Of a stretch of DNA of 64,000 bases, positions 18,301 through 28,200 are shown piece by piece. The position numbers and the translations under genes are program-made. The stretch is from Promethearchaeota archaeon (lineage in GTDB: Archaea > Asgardarchaeota > Lokiarchaeia > Sigyniarchaeales > SOKP01), in contig JAEOUA010000011.1 of assembly GCA_016839555.1 (NCBI GenBank), positions 192,001 to 256,000 on the forward strand, in the 5' to 3' direction. How positions within the stretch are numbered: the first letter of the stretch is position 1; each line of letters starts with the position of its first letter. The notes beneath the pieces were generated by a model, which searched no databases, had not been told where the DNA came from, and worked only from the letters and a program-made list of their open reading frames with translations.

Positions 18301-21270
18301 ATGGTTCATCTCAAACTAATTTTTAAATATGCCTTTAATGATTTAAAGAAGCATAAAATCCGTACCATTTTAGGCCTTATTGGAATCACTATTAGCATCG
18401 CTTTATTATGTTTAGTTTTATTTATTGGAGATTCCGCCAGTTCAACGATGGTAGATTATATCGCTTCGGATTCTGGAAATCAAGATCTTGTTATATCCGT
18501 ACGCCATTATAATGAAGAGCCTGAAAATAGATCCAATTATTTTTCATATCTCCCTATGGTAGCAACACTTGAATCCCAAACTTCTTCCATCGATAAATAT
18601 ATTCCTAGAATGGAAGTATATGGAAAAGTAAATGCTTCAAAAGGATTTGATACGCAAGAATTAACGGCCTTACAAAGAACTGCATTAATTTCAGGTATAA
18701 ATTTTATGTTCGAAAACCTGATTGGATTTGGGTATTTTTCTTGGCCGATAATAAATCGCGAAATTCCAATCCCTTCTTTACCTGCCAATAGTTGTGCAAT
18801 ATACTACGGTTTTGATAATGATATTAAATATTCAATAGGAGATACTATTGAGATAGATATGAAATTGATGGATGAAAATAGTACTTATATTACAAAAAAT
18901 TTTACGGTTTCTTTTATATTTGATTTTAATTTTAAATGGCCCGTTAATTATAAAATAAAAAATTTAATTTGTGTAGATATAAATACTCTTTATGAAATTT
19001 TTGGAAAGGACGAATTTGAAGGGAAATGTTCTAAATTAATTACTACTTTTAATCAAGATGCGGGTTTTTATGATGTGAGAGATGTCAAAGGATCAGAAAA
19101 TCGGGTATTAGAACTCGCTACAATAATCCAAATTTTAATCGGGATGAATGAATACAATATACAATTACCAAAATTATTACTATTCAGTTATTCAGAGATT
19201 CTAAATATGATCTTCACAATCGCTATTGTGTTTGTAGCAATAATAACTATGCTGATTTCAGGGATTTTAATTAATGGAATTCTTAATACATCTGTTGAGG
19301 AGAGAATTAGAGAGTTTGGGATTTTTAGAACACTTGGAGCACATCAATTTCATAATTTAGCTACTGTTTTAGTTCAAGGGCTTCTATTATGTAATATTGG
19401 AACAATTATAGGAATCGCAGGAGCATTCCTTGGCACCAAATATTTTATATTACCAATAGCAAATGAGTTATTACTCACAAGATTTTATTCTGTTTTGGGA
19501 GGAGCAACATTATCTTTCAGTTTTACTTATGTTTCTATAGTGATTGCTTATCTTATTGGATTAATAGTTGGATTAATAGTCAGTATTTCTCCTGCAATAA
19601 GAGTGATGAAATTAAATCTTATAGAGTCCATCCATCCCTATCGACATCCTGAGGAACTTTATAAATTACAAAAGAAATCAACTATTAATTATAAACTTAT
19701 CATTACAGGCCTTGTACTTGCCATTGCTGCAGGTTTTATATTTTTCATTGTGCCGAGAATTATTATCTCATTTGATTTAACATTAATGGCAGGTGTCTTA
19801 ATTGGATTACTAATGATGTTTATCTTGGGTATGACATTAGCTGGTTTAGGATTAATGCCTGTGATACTTAGATTTTTTATTGAAATTTTTAGACCAATAA
19901 GTAGAAAACTTCATAATGTTGTAAAGACCTTTACATATAGATATCAGCGGAGAAATACAAGTACGATAGTCATTTTCGCGATATCATTTTCATTTGTAAT
20001 ATTTGTGTCAATATTTATTGAAGATTTATCTAATCAATCACAATCAGGAATATATTTAAATTATGGTTCTGATTTATTAATCGAATCAGATGGTTGGGCA
20101 GAACCAAGCGGATCTTTTGGGTTTTTTGGTGGAGGTAGAGGAGACGAATCAGAATCTACTAATAATTTAGACGTAAATAAAATATTTACAACGGAATTCC
20201 AGACCGAACTACTAAGTATTTATGGAATTGAACGAGTTTCGTCTGCTTTAGTACAGCCAAATCAATTAACACAGATATATTCAGAGAATGAGCAAAATAA
20301 AGAATTCTCAGCCGAAATGGGAGATTACGCGGGTCTTTTTACTCAAGATATTTCACTGATTGGTGTTGATCGAAATTTTTACTTCACTATTAATACAAAA
20401 TATATGAGATTTGAACAAGGAAATCCATCTGAAGCGTTTACTTTAATAAATACTCAAAATCCCTACTGGTGTATTATTTCTCAATCAATAGCTAATGAAT
20501 TAAAATTAAACCTATATGATTTGATTCGAATTGTTATTCATAGGGGGGAAGAAGTAGAAAGATTTAATTTTAGAATCGCCGGTATTGCTTCAAGCATTCC
20601 AGGGTTTTCTGGATCTTTTAGTGGTTCCTCAACTTTTGGTATGGGAGCCAATGGTGTATTAGTTTCCAAAGAAATATATTTAGATATTATGGAAATGTCA
20701 GAACCTATTTGGGTAGACAAATTCTTTATCAAAATCCAGAATGGAAATCCTAAAATTGCGGAATTCTTAGAATTCTATCTTACAAATAAATATTCTGATC
20801 AGTATAATTTTGATATCGGAAATTTAGCGAGTAGAATTGAGAGCCAGGAATCTTCTTTTGCTTTAATAGATACTTTTTTTATGCTTATTTTGATGTCTAC
20901 TATAGTTATATGTTTATTTGGGTTAATGGCATCTTCCTATTCTACTATAATTGAGCGAAAAAAAGAGATCGGAATAGTAAGAACACTTGGGCTGCGCGGG
21001 GGACACCTTAACCGATTGTTTATTTTAGAAGCTATAATAATAGTTCTTGCGAGTGGAACTGTAGGGACGATAGCGGGAATGCTAACTGGCTGGCTATTTG
21101 GTTCTTCGATGGGATTATTTATGAATACTTCTTATACATACTATTTTCCATGGATAAATTTTCTCGGGATATATGGTGCTTCTATAATATTCGTCTATAT
21201 TGGAATGAAATTACTCTTATGGAGAATTAGAAAGAAAAAAATTACAGAAATTTATAGAGAAACTCTTTAG
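18301..21270 (+). CDS. ABC permease, double FtsX/MacB type
   Basis: Two FtsX repeats (EERIREFGIFRTLGA; ERKKEIGIVRTLGL), each with a large extracytoplasmic domain. Confidence 0.92.
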   Translation: MVHLKLIFKYAFNDLKKHKIRTILGLIGITISIALLCLVLFIGDSASSTMVDYIASDSGNQDLVISVRHYNEEPENRSNYFSYLPMVATLESQTSSIDKYIPRMEVYGKVNASKGFDTQELTALQRTALISGINFMFENLIGFGYFSWPIINREIPIPSLPANSCAIYYGFDNDIKYSIGDTIEIDMKLMDENSTYITKNFTVSFIFDFNFKWPVNYKIKNLICVDINTLYEIFGKDEFEGKCSKLITTFNQDAGFYDVRDVKGSENRVLELATIIQILIGMNEYNIQLPKLLLFSYSEILNMIFTIAIVFVAIITMLISGILINGILNTSVEERIREFGIFRTLGAHQFHNLATVLVQGLLLCNIGTIIGIAGAFLGTKYFILPIANELLLTRFYSVLGGATLSFSFTYVSIVIAYLIGLIVGLIVSISPAIRVMKLNLIESIHPYRHPEELYKLQKKSTINYKLIITGLVLAIAAGFIFFIVPRIIISFDLTLMAGVLIGLLMMFILGMTLAGLGLMPVILRFFIEIFRPISRKLHNVVKTFTYRYQRRNTSTIVIFAISFSFVIFVSIFIEDLSNQSQSGIYLNYGSDLLIESDGWAEPSGSFGFFGGGRGDESESTNNLDVNKIFTTEFQTELLSIYGIERVSSALVQPNQLTQIYSENEQNKEFSAEMGDYAGLFTQDISLIGVDRNFYFTINTKYMRFEQGNPSEAFTLINTQNPYWCIISQSIANELKLNLYDLIRIVIHRGEEVERFNFRIAGIASSIPGFSGSFSGSSTFGMGANGVLVSKEIYLDIMEMSEPIWVDKFFIKIQNGNPKIAEFLEFYLTNKYSDQYNFDIGNLASRIESQESSFALIDTFFMLILMSTIVICLFGLMASSYSTIIERKKEIGIVRTLGLRGGHLNRLFILEAIIIVLASGTVGTIAGMLTGWLFGSSMGLFMNTSYTYYFPWINFLGIYGASIIFVYIGMKLLLWRIRKKKITEIYRETL

Positions 21271-21276
21271 GAGGTG
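21270..21276 (+). promoter_or_regulatory. Shine-Dalgarno-like GGAGGTG overlapping the upstream stop codon
   Basis: GGAGGTG lies 5 and 8 nt before in-frame ATA codons (21282, 21285) of the next gene. Confidence 0.55.
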
Positions 21277-21308
21277 CTAGAATAATAAAATTTAACCGTA
21301 AAAAGAGA

Positions 21309-24300
21309 TTGGTTTCCATCATTCTGTTTTTTGTATTGATATTCCCTATAATTAATTCACTTTTTGGAAACCAAGAATCATCGAGTGATAATATATTTCC
21401 TAATGGGATACAAAAAAAATCTTTAAATAGCTCGGATATCGCAGGAATGGATTTATACGCAGAATCAATCGGAGCTTATGTAGCGGGAAATAGCTCTTTA
21501 ATTAAACATTCTATCTTTACCAATGATACAAATATTTTAAGAAGTTTCGATTTATCAGATCCTGCATTTTACAAATGTAATATTTTTTTAAGTGCATCTA
21601 ATAATATTAATTCTCCTATTTTTCCGCTTCCATTGACAGAAAGAGAAGTTGAGCAACAATTTAAAAATCCCATTAATTCATTTGTTGGATTTCTATACTA
21701 TGACCCAGATGTAAGTTTAAATGATGCTCAAGAAAGAGCTGAAAGAGCTCTTGAAATTATTAAAATGAACCTTGAAATGGATTTAATTATGGTAAACTCT
21801 TCTGAGCCGAATTTTTATCCATTTATCGGATATTACCCTAAATGGCATATTTTGTTAGGAGAATTCACAGAAAATATACCTAAAGATGGTTATTGGAAAG
21901 CATTCGATTTAAAAAGATTGGAGAGTCATACTTATAGAAATAATAACCATTTATCATTTTCATTTGCATTAATTAATTCACCGGATTTATTTCAGGAAGA
22001 AATAAACTTCGGAAATGATCAATTAAATTTTAATACTGGAGCGGCAATTTCCCCCTTTTTAAAGGGAAATATTATAGACGATATTTTTAATCAACTTACT
22101 AATATTTTAGAAGAAAATGAAGATTTACTTGAGAATTTGGGCATTTATTTAGGATTAAATGAAACTGATTCGATTGAAAATTTTGATGATTTAACCACAT
22201 CCTTTGGAAACTTTTCACTCTCAAAAAATTCTCATTATAGTATTATTGAAATTCAATATGAAGGATTAGAATCAGGAATTCAAAAAATAGCACCAAATCA
22301 ATATGAATTTAATTTATTTGATGCTTTAGGATATACTCAAAGTTCATTAGCCCCTAGCGAAAAAGTATATTCAGCGCTTATTGGGGGATTTCTATCACGA
22401 TTAGATGTAAACATTTTATGTACGGATATCATTGATTCGTCTCCAGATAATATTGCCTTTAGTGATTATTTCATAGATCAATTAGCATTATTATTTAGTT
22501 TCATGGATACTGATTTTAATCCATATGACCTACAAAATTATTCATTTCAATTATCCTGGAGAGATCAAGGGGGATTAAAAAAAATTTATACTAATTTAAT
22601 TAATGAAAACGATGAATTTGATCTTATTAATTTCTTACCAATTCTTGGTTTCACAGGATTTCCTACGTTTCCATCTGGATTAACAAATCCGTTAAATAAT
22701 TTAAATGTAAAATACGAGCTCTTGAATTCTGAGGCTAATATTAAGCTTGATAATCTGTTAATTGGAAAAAATACATCATTTGGAGCATATAAAAATTTTG
22801 ATTTTAATATTTCGGCGAAAACTGTTGGAAATATATCTGCTTATGGAGTTCCAATATCAATCCCCCTAGATTTGGATACAGTTCTCTATCTTATATTTAG
22901 AATAGAGGGAGGAAATCCCGATTTCATTGATGATCTAAAAGACGCCATAAAGAGTATTATTAATTCGGAATATCCTGGTGAATATGATGATTTAGAGGAT
23001 TTTTTCAATTTCGACGAAGAACCAAGAATTTTTCAATTTGATACTAATAATGATGGTTCCAACGATTATTATTTCCCAGATCCTTTAAATATTTCAAATT
23101 TATATCCATATAATGAAAAAATGAATGAAGTTGTGGATATTCTATTTATAGAACATTATTCTTTACTCGATAATATAGGATGGGAGGCAACACCAAGAGA
23201 GACTGCAAAAAGAGTCGAGGAAAGCTTTACAAATATATATAGTGTGTGGAATGATGATAATTGGGAATTAGAACCAGATAAATTTATATCCTATACCCAC
23301 AAAAATTATTCTATTTCTGATTCAGATACTTATACAAGATTCCATGCATTTGATTTTATTATAAACAACTCTTTAGGATTGCCCCGAATCATCTTTGGTG
23401 AGGAAGCTGAATCGAATTCTCCTGAGATGGCATTATATCCAGATAATGAGAATTGGACTATAATTTCAGAGGAATATTTTGATGAAAATAGAATTGAAGT
23501 TCAATTTGCTGCACAAAATACCACTTTTATTGATCTAATAAATAATACACTTGATAGAGTCTCTCTTACTTATAATTTCACTGAATCATTTACAAATATT
23601 GAATTTGAGCTTTTTAATTATACTAATGAAGAATATTTTGATCTCCAACCATATTTAACAGCTATGACTAAGACCTCTAGGATCTTTTCTGTAACAAAAT
23701 ATAATAATAGCATAAATCATATTTTTCAAAGTCCTTCTCAAGGAGATTATACTATAATATTTAGAATAAAAAAAAAAGATAGTAATCAATTTAATATATC
23801 AATTGATAATATTGACATTAAATTCTTAACGAGAGATATTAACCCCGTTGAAATACAAAGCAATATTAAATATACTTCTAAGAGTGGTAATGTGAAATAC
23901 ACTTGTTATTCAAATTCAATTACTTTAAGTACCGATAATATGTCTTCAATAGTTTCTTATTCCAGTCTTTCTAGCTATACGTCAAATCAAGGAGATATTA
24001 TTTCTTATTTCTTAAATTTGAAAAATATTGGTTCCGATCTTGCTACAAATATTACTATAAAAATTCCTATTCCGGGAATTATTCAGAGCTTTAATAACTT
24101 TAGTTTAAAAAATAATTGTCTTTTTTATCGTTTAAATTCTTTATATCCGGGCAGTGAAATACACTTAAATTTCTCTTTCTATGTTCCAAATTCTGAATTA
24201 TTTGAAAATCATATCATTAAATATAACAATTCAAAATTCTTAGAAAAAGGTAATTCATCAGTTCTATCATCTCATCCTAATAATCTTTATTCTGTTTCAC

Positions 24301-25226
24301 CCTTAAATTACAAAAATAGAACACCATATATACATATAATTGATATTTTTCTAAATTCTTCAAAAGAAAGTCCCTCAATTTCTGAAATATTCAATATATC
24401 ATTAAATATTAAAAATATTGGTCCCCAAGGTTTAATTATTGATAAAATTAATATTTCTTCAAGAGATAAATATGGAGATTTAATTAGAAGATCAAATGAA
24501 CATCTTATTTTTTACAATATATCTTATAATCAAATAAAATCTATTACTTATAGTATTAATAAAACGGAATGGAAGGGATATTTATATCCCGCAATAAATC
24601 TCTTGGATAATGGGGATAGTAAAACTTATCAGATACGCCAATCTGAACCTTTGATATTGGGTTCTATAATAATTTCAGTTAAAAAGTCGGTTAATAAAAA
24701 TGAATTAGAAAGGGGGGAAGTTATAATCGTAAATGTTAAAATTAAAAATGAAGGTACTATAATTGCTAAGAATTTAAAATTAGACGACATTGTAGGCTAT
24801 CCTCAGGATATTTTTACATTAGAATCAGGGAAATTAATTAAAACCATTGATACTTTAAAGCCTGGAGAATCAACATATATTACCTATATTTTAAAAGCAA
24901 ATACTCAAGCAATGACAATATTAACAAGCGCAAGACTAGAATACGATTTTCTATATAAAAATATTGCTAATTCAAATATTCTCTCTATAAAAGTTATTAT
25001 ACCAAAATCAATACAAAATTTAAACATATTAATTCCCATTGCTATTGTGGGAGGAATTTTATTTATATACATTTGGTATTTAAGGAGCTATAAGAAAAAA
25101 GTATTAGAATCAGAAAGGAAAGAAATTAAGGTCCTAAGTCTCACTTCACGGGAATCAATTCTTACCTCTGAAATAAGTTTAAAAGAATATTTATCAAATT
25201 TTAAAGAAGAAGAAGGAGGTTATTAA
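21309..25226 (+). CDS. Large membrane-anchored surface glycoprotein with C-terminal Ig-like (DUF11/CARDB-like) repeats
   Basis: N-terminal signal/TM, many NxS/T sequons, three repeats (L/I)KN.G (LNLKNIG, LNIKNIG, VKIKNEG), C-terminal TM and short cytoplasmic tail; true start probably 21282/21285. Confidence 0.8.
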   Translation: MVSIILFFVLIFPIINSLFGNQESSSDNIFPNGIQKKSLNSSDIAGMDLYAESIGAYVAGNSSLIKHSIFTNDTNILRSFDLSDPAFYKCNIFLSASNNINSPIFPLPLTEREVEQQFKNPINSFVGFLYYDPDVSLNDAQERAERALEIIKMNLEMDLIMVNSSEPNFYPFIGYYPKWHILLGEFTENIPKDGYWKAFDLKRLESHTYRNNNHLSFSFALINSPDLFQEEINFGNDQLNFNTGAAISPFLKGNIIDDIFNQLTNILEENEDLLENLGIYLGLNETDSIENFDDLTTSFGNFSLSKNSHYSIIEIQYEGLESGIQKIAPNQYEFNLFDALGYTQSSLAPSEKVYSALIGGFLSRLDVNILCTDIIDSSPDNIAFSDYFIDQLALLFSFMDTDFNPYDLQNYSFQLSWRDQGGLKKIYTNLINENDEFDLINFLPILGFTGFPTFPSGLTNPLNNLNVKYELLNSEANIKLDNLLIGKNTSFGAYKNFDFNISAKTVGNISAYGVPISIPLDLDTVLYLIFRIEGGNPDFIDDLKDAIKSIINSEYPGEYDDLEDFFNFDEEPRIFQFDTNNDGSNDYYFPDPLNISNLYPYNEKMNEVVDILFIEHYSLLDNIGWEATPRETAKRVEESFTNIYSVWNDDNWELEPDKFISYTHKNYSISDSDTYTRFHAFDFIINNSLGLPRIIFGEEAESNSPEMALYPDNENWTIISEEYFDENRIEVQFAAQNTTFIDLINNTLDRVSLTYNFTESFTNIEFELFNYTNEEYFDLQPYLTAMTKTSRIFSVTKYNNSINHIFQSPSQGDYTIIFRIKKKDSNQFNISIDNIDIKFLTRDINPVEIQSNIKYTSKSGNVKYTCYSNSITLSTDNMSSIVSYSSLSSYTSNQGDIISYFLNLKNIGSDLATNITIKIPIPGIIQSFNNFSLKNNCLFYRLNSLYPGSEIHLNFSFYVPNSELFENHIIKYNNSKFLEKGNSSVLSSHPNNLYSVSPLNYKNRTPYIHIIDIFLNSSKESPSISEIFNISLNIKNIGPQGLIIDKINISSRDKYGDLIRRSNEHLIFYNISYNQIKSITYSINKTEWKGYLYPAINLLDNGDSKTYQIRQSEPLILGSIIISVKKSVNKNELERGEVIIVNVKIKNEGTIIAKNLKLDDIVGYPQDIFTLESGKLIKTIDTLKPGESTYITYILKANTQAMTILTSARLEYDFLYKNIANSNILSIKVIIPKSIQNLNILIPIAIVGGILFIYIWYLRSYKKKVLESERKEIKVLSLTSRESILTSEISLKEYLSNFKEEEGGY

Positions 25227-25269
25227 AGTATTTCAAAACTTTAATAAAAAATTTTTGGAGGGTAGGGAG

Positions 25270-28200
25270 ATGAATAAAAACAAATCAAAATCGAAAAAAG
25301 TATTCATAATTACAGCTTTATTACTATTTTCAAGTTTTTTGTTCATTTTTCTTCCTAAAGATAATTCATCATCTCAATTGCCAGCAGGATTAAATAAACA
25401 AGCCATTTATTCATCAGATGACTCTGATAATAATAGCTATTTGATAGTGTATTTCAAAAATTCTACATATAATCCAGGGGTGAAAAATAAGTTTGAATTC
25501 TATGGAGGTATAGTTCATAAAAATTGGAATGATACATTTGAATCATTTAGTGGATTTTCTGGAATAATACCAATAAGCAATAAATCTTTATTTCAAGAAT
25601 ATATTGAAAATGAAGTTCCCAATGCAACTTTAGAAAACGATGAAATTATTGAAGCACAATTAAATTTCGCCTCATTCCAAACTGGGGCTGTCAATTCTAC
25701 ATGGTTTAATAATGGTTATAAGGGGGATACAAATAGTTCCATAGCAGTTTTAGATAGCGGAATAGATCTTTCCCACATCTTCTTACAAGATAAAGTGATT
25801 GATAATAAAAGTTTTGTAGATGGAGAATCACCTTTAGATATTTATGGTCATGGCACTTTTATAGGATCCGTTATAGCGGGTACGGGAAAGGATCCGTATA
25901 ATTCTACACTTCCAAATCAAATATATATTAAACAGAATTATACACATTCAGAAATTTTTGGTTTTTCTATCGAACCAAAGAACTATTCAATTAAAATAGC
26001 CACATTTAATATTTCAGAACCTAATGAATATATCTCGGTTAATTCTTCTTGGAAATTAATAACTGAAGGAATAGATGAATTTTGGGTTCAAATATATTAT
26101 AATGGAGAGTTGGTTAATTCTTCCTTTAATGAGAATCAATCACAATATTATCTGATCAAACACAAGATTTCCAAAGATGAGTTAGGATTGTATGATGTGA
26201 TAATAAAATACTCTAAAGAAAGTTATAAAAATCCTCACTTTTCAATATCATCATATATCGAATTTTTTCCAGAATTTTATGTCCAAAATTATAACTATTT
26301 CACGGGCATTGCAAATGGTTCAAAATTGGTGAATTATAAAGTCTTAAATAATTCTGGTAAAGGGAGAGTATCCAATCTAATATCTGCTTTGGAATTTGTC
26401 TATAAAAATAAAAATTCTTCGAAAATAATAAGTGTCTGTTTAAGTGTAGGAACTCTTGGAAATGATATCTCGGCGATCAATAGAGTTATTGATGAAATTT
26501 CAGATGAGGGTATTTTAGTAATTATTGCTGTAGGAAATTATGGAATACAAAATTTTGAGACTTTAAATACATTAGGAAAAAATAGAAATTCAATCGTGGT
26601 AGGAGCTATAAATGATGATGATCAAGTTACTTCTTATAGCAGTATGGGCAAGATTATTGATGGAGGGATGATAAAACCAGATATTGTAGCTCCTGGTGGA
26701 AGTAAAATTGTCCAGCATCGTAATATTATTAGTGCAGCAGCTAATACTAATATTACTTCTTCGAGTTATGGAACATCTATATCAACAGCTATTATAGCCG
26801 CTGCGATAAATATTCTTATTGAAGCTAAATGGAATAATTGGATTCAATGGAATAGTCTTAACACTACAAAATGGAGTAAAATTATGAAATCCATTCTACT
26901 TATGACCGCAACAGAGACTTATCTTGAGAGAGAAGATGATCCAAATACAGAGGTAGATGAAAGCCAATATTCACCATCATTATATCAGGCTCAAATTAAT
27001 TCTACTCACCGAGCAGGGTTAAAAGATGAACATGAAGGATATGGACGAGTTAATATTCAAGCAGCAATAGACGCATTAACAAAAACCATCAGTCCTAATA
27101 TTACATATGAAGGGCATTTAGTAAGTTCTAGAAATAATCCACTTGGAACCCATGCTTTCGCTAGAAAGGTTAATTTAATTGCAGATCATCAATACCTTTT
27201 TAATCTCACAGATATAAATCTATTCTCTACATTTGACTTATATTTATATTCAAATGAAACAAATAGATTTGGTGAACCAATATTATTAGCATCATCACGA
27301 AAAAGCTATAATTCTTTTGATTATCTCTATTTCACCCCCAGAAAAAATGAAACGAATCCCATTTTAGTTATAAAAGCAATTAATGGCGAAAGTAATTTTA
27401 CCTTCAATTTAACTGAGGTCGAAAATATATTTGATCCAAAACTAAAAATTCCAGAAGTCTCTTATATCAACGGTCCTAAAAATACAACTGTATTAAGTCT
27501 TAGTGAAATTCAAGGAGATAAGCCCGAATATAATATTACACTTGACAGATACAAATTTTATGTTGAGTATTTTGATAATGATACAGCAAATGTTCCTCCT
27601 CAACAAGTTTATGTATATATACAAGAATTAGCCAAAAATTTTACTTTAACTCAATTAAATCCAGAAGATAATAACTATACTAATGGAGCAATATTTTCTA
27701 GCCAATATATAGAATTGCCGGAAAATAAAACCTATCATTATCGTTTTTATGTAAAGGATGGACTACGAAATGCAATACTTCCAATTGATATTTTTAATTT
27801 TTTTGAGATAGATATATATTTTCCTCCCGTAATAAAGCATTTAGAGTATCATCATCATTTTAATATTGGATTAGATAATTGGACAATAACAGGGACGGGA
27901 TGGGATTTATTAATTCAAAATAACTTAAACGATAATCGCTCTAGAGTATATGAAAATGATTGGAAATCCATTTATTTTGGATCATATCATAATTATCCTA
28001 AAAATTACACTTATCAACCAATAGGAACTGAAACATATTTAAATGGTTCATTTACAAGTCCCTATTTTAACTTAACAGGATTAGGAGAAGATTTCGTACC
28101 TATTGCAAAAATTGGATCAAGAGTAAGTATTAATGATTTAGATTCTATAAATCTTTATATCAATGTAAATGGAACGGGCTGGAAATCAACACCTCTGAGA

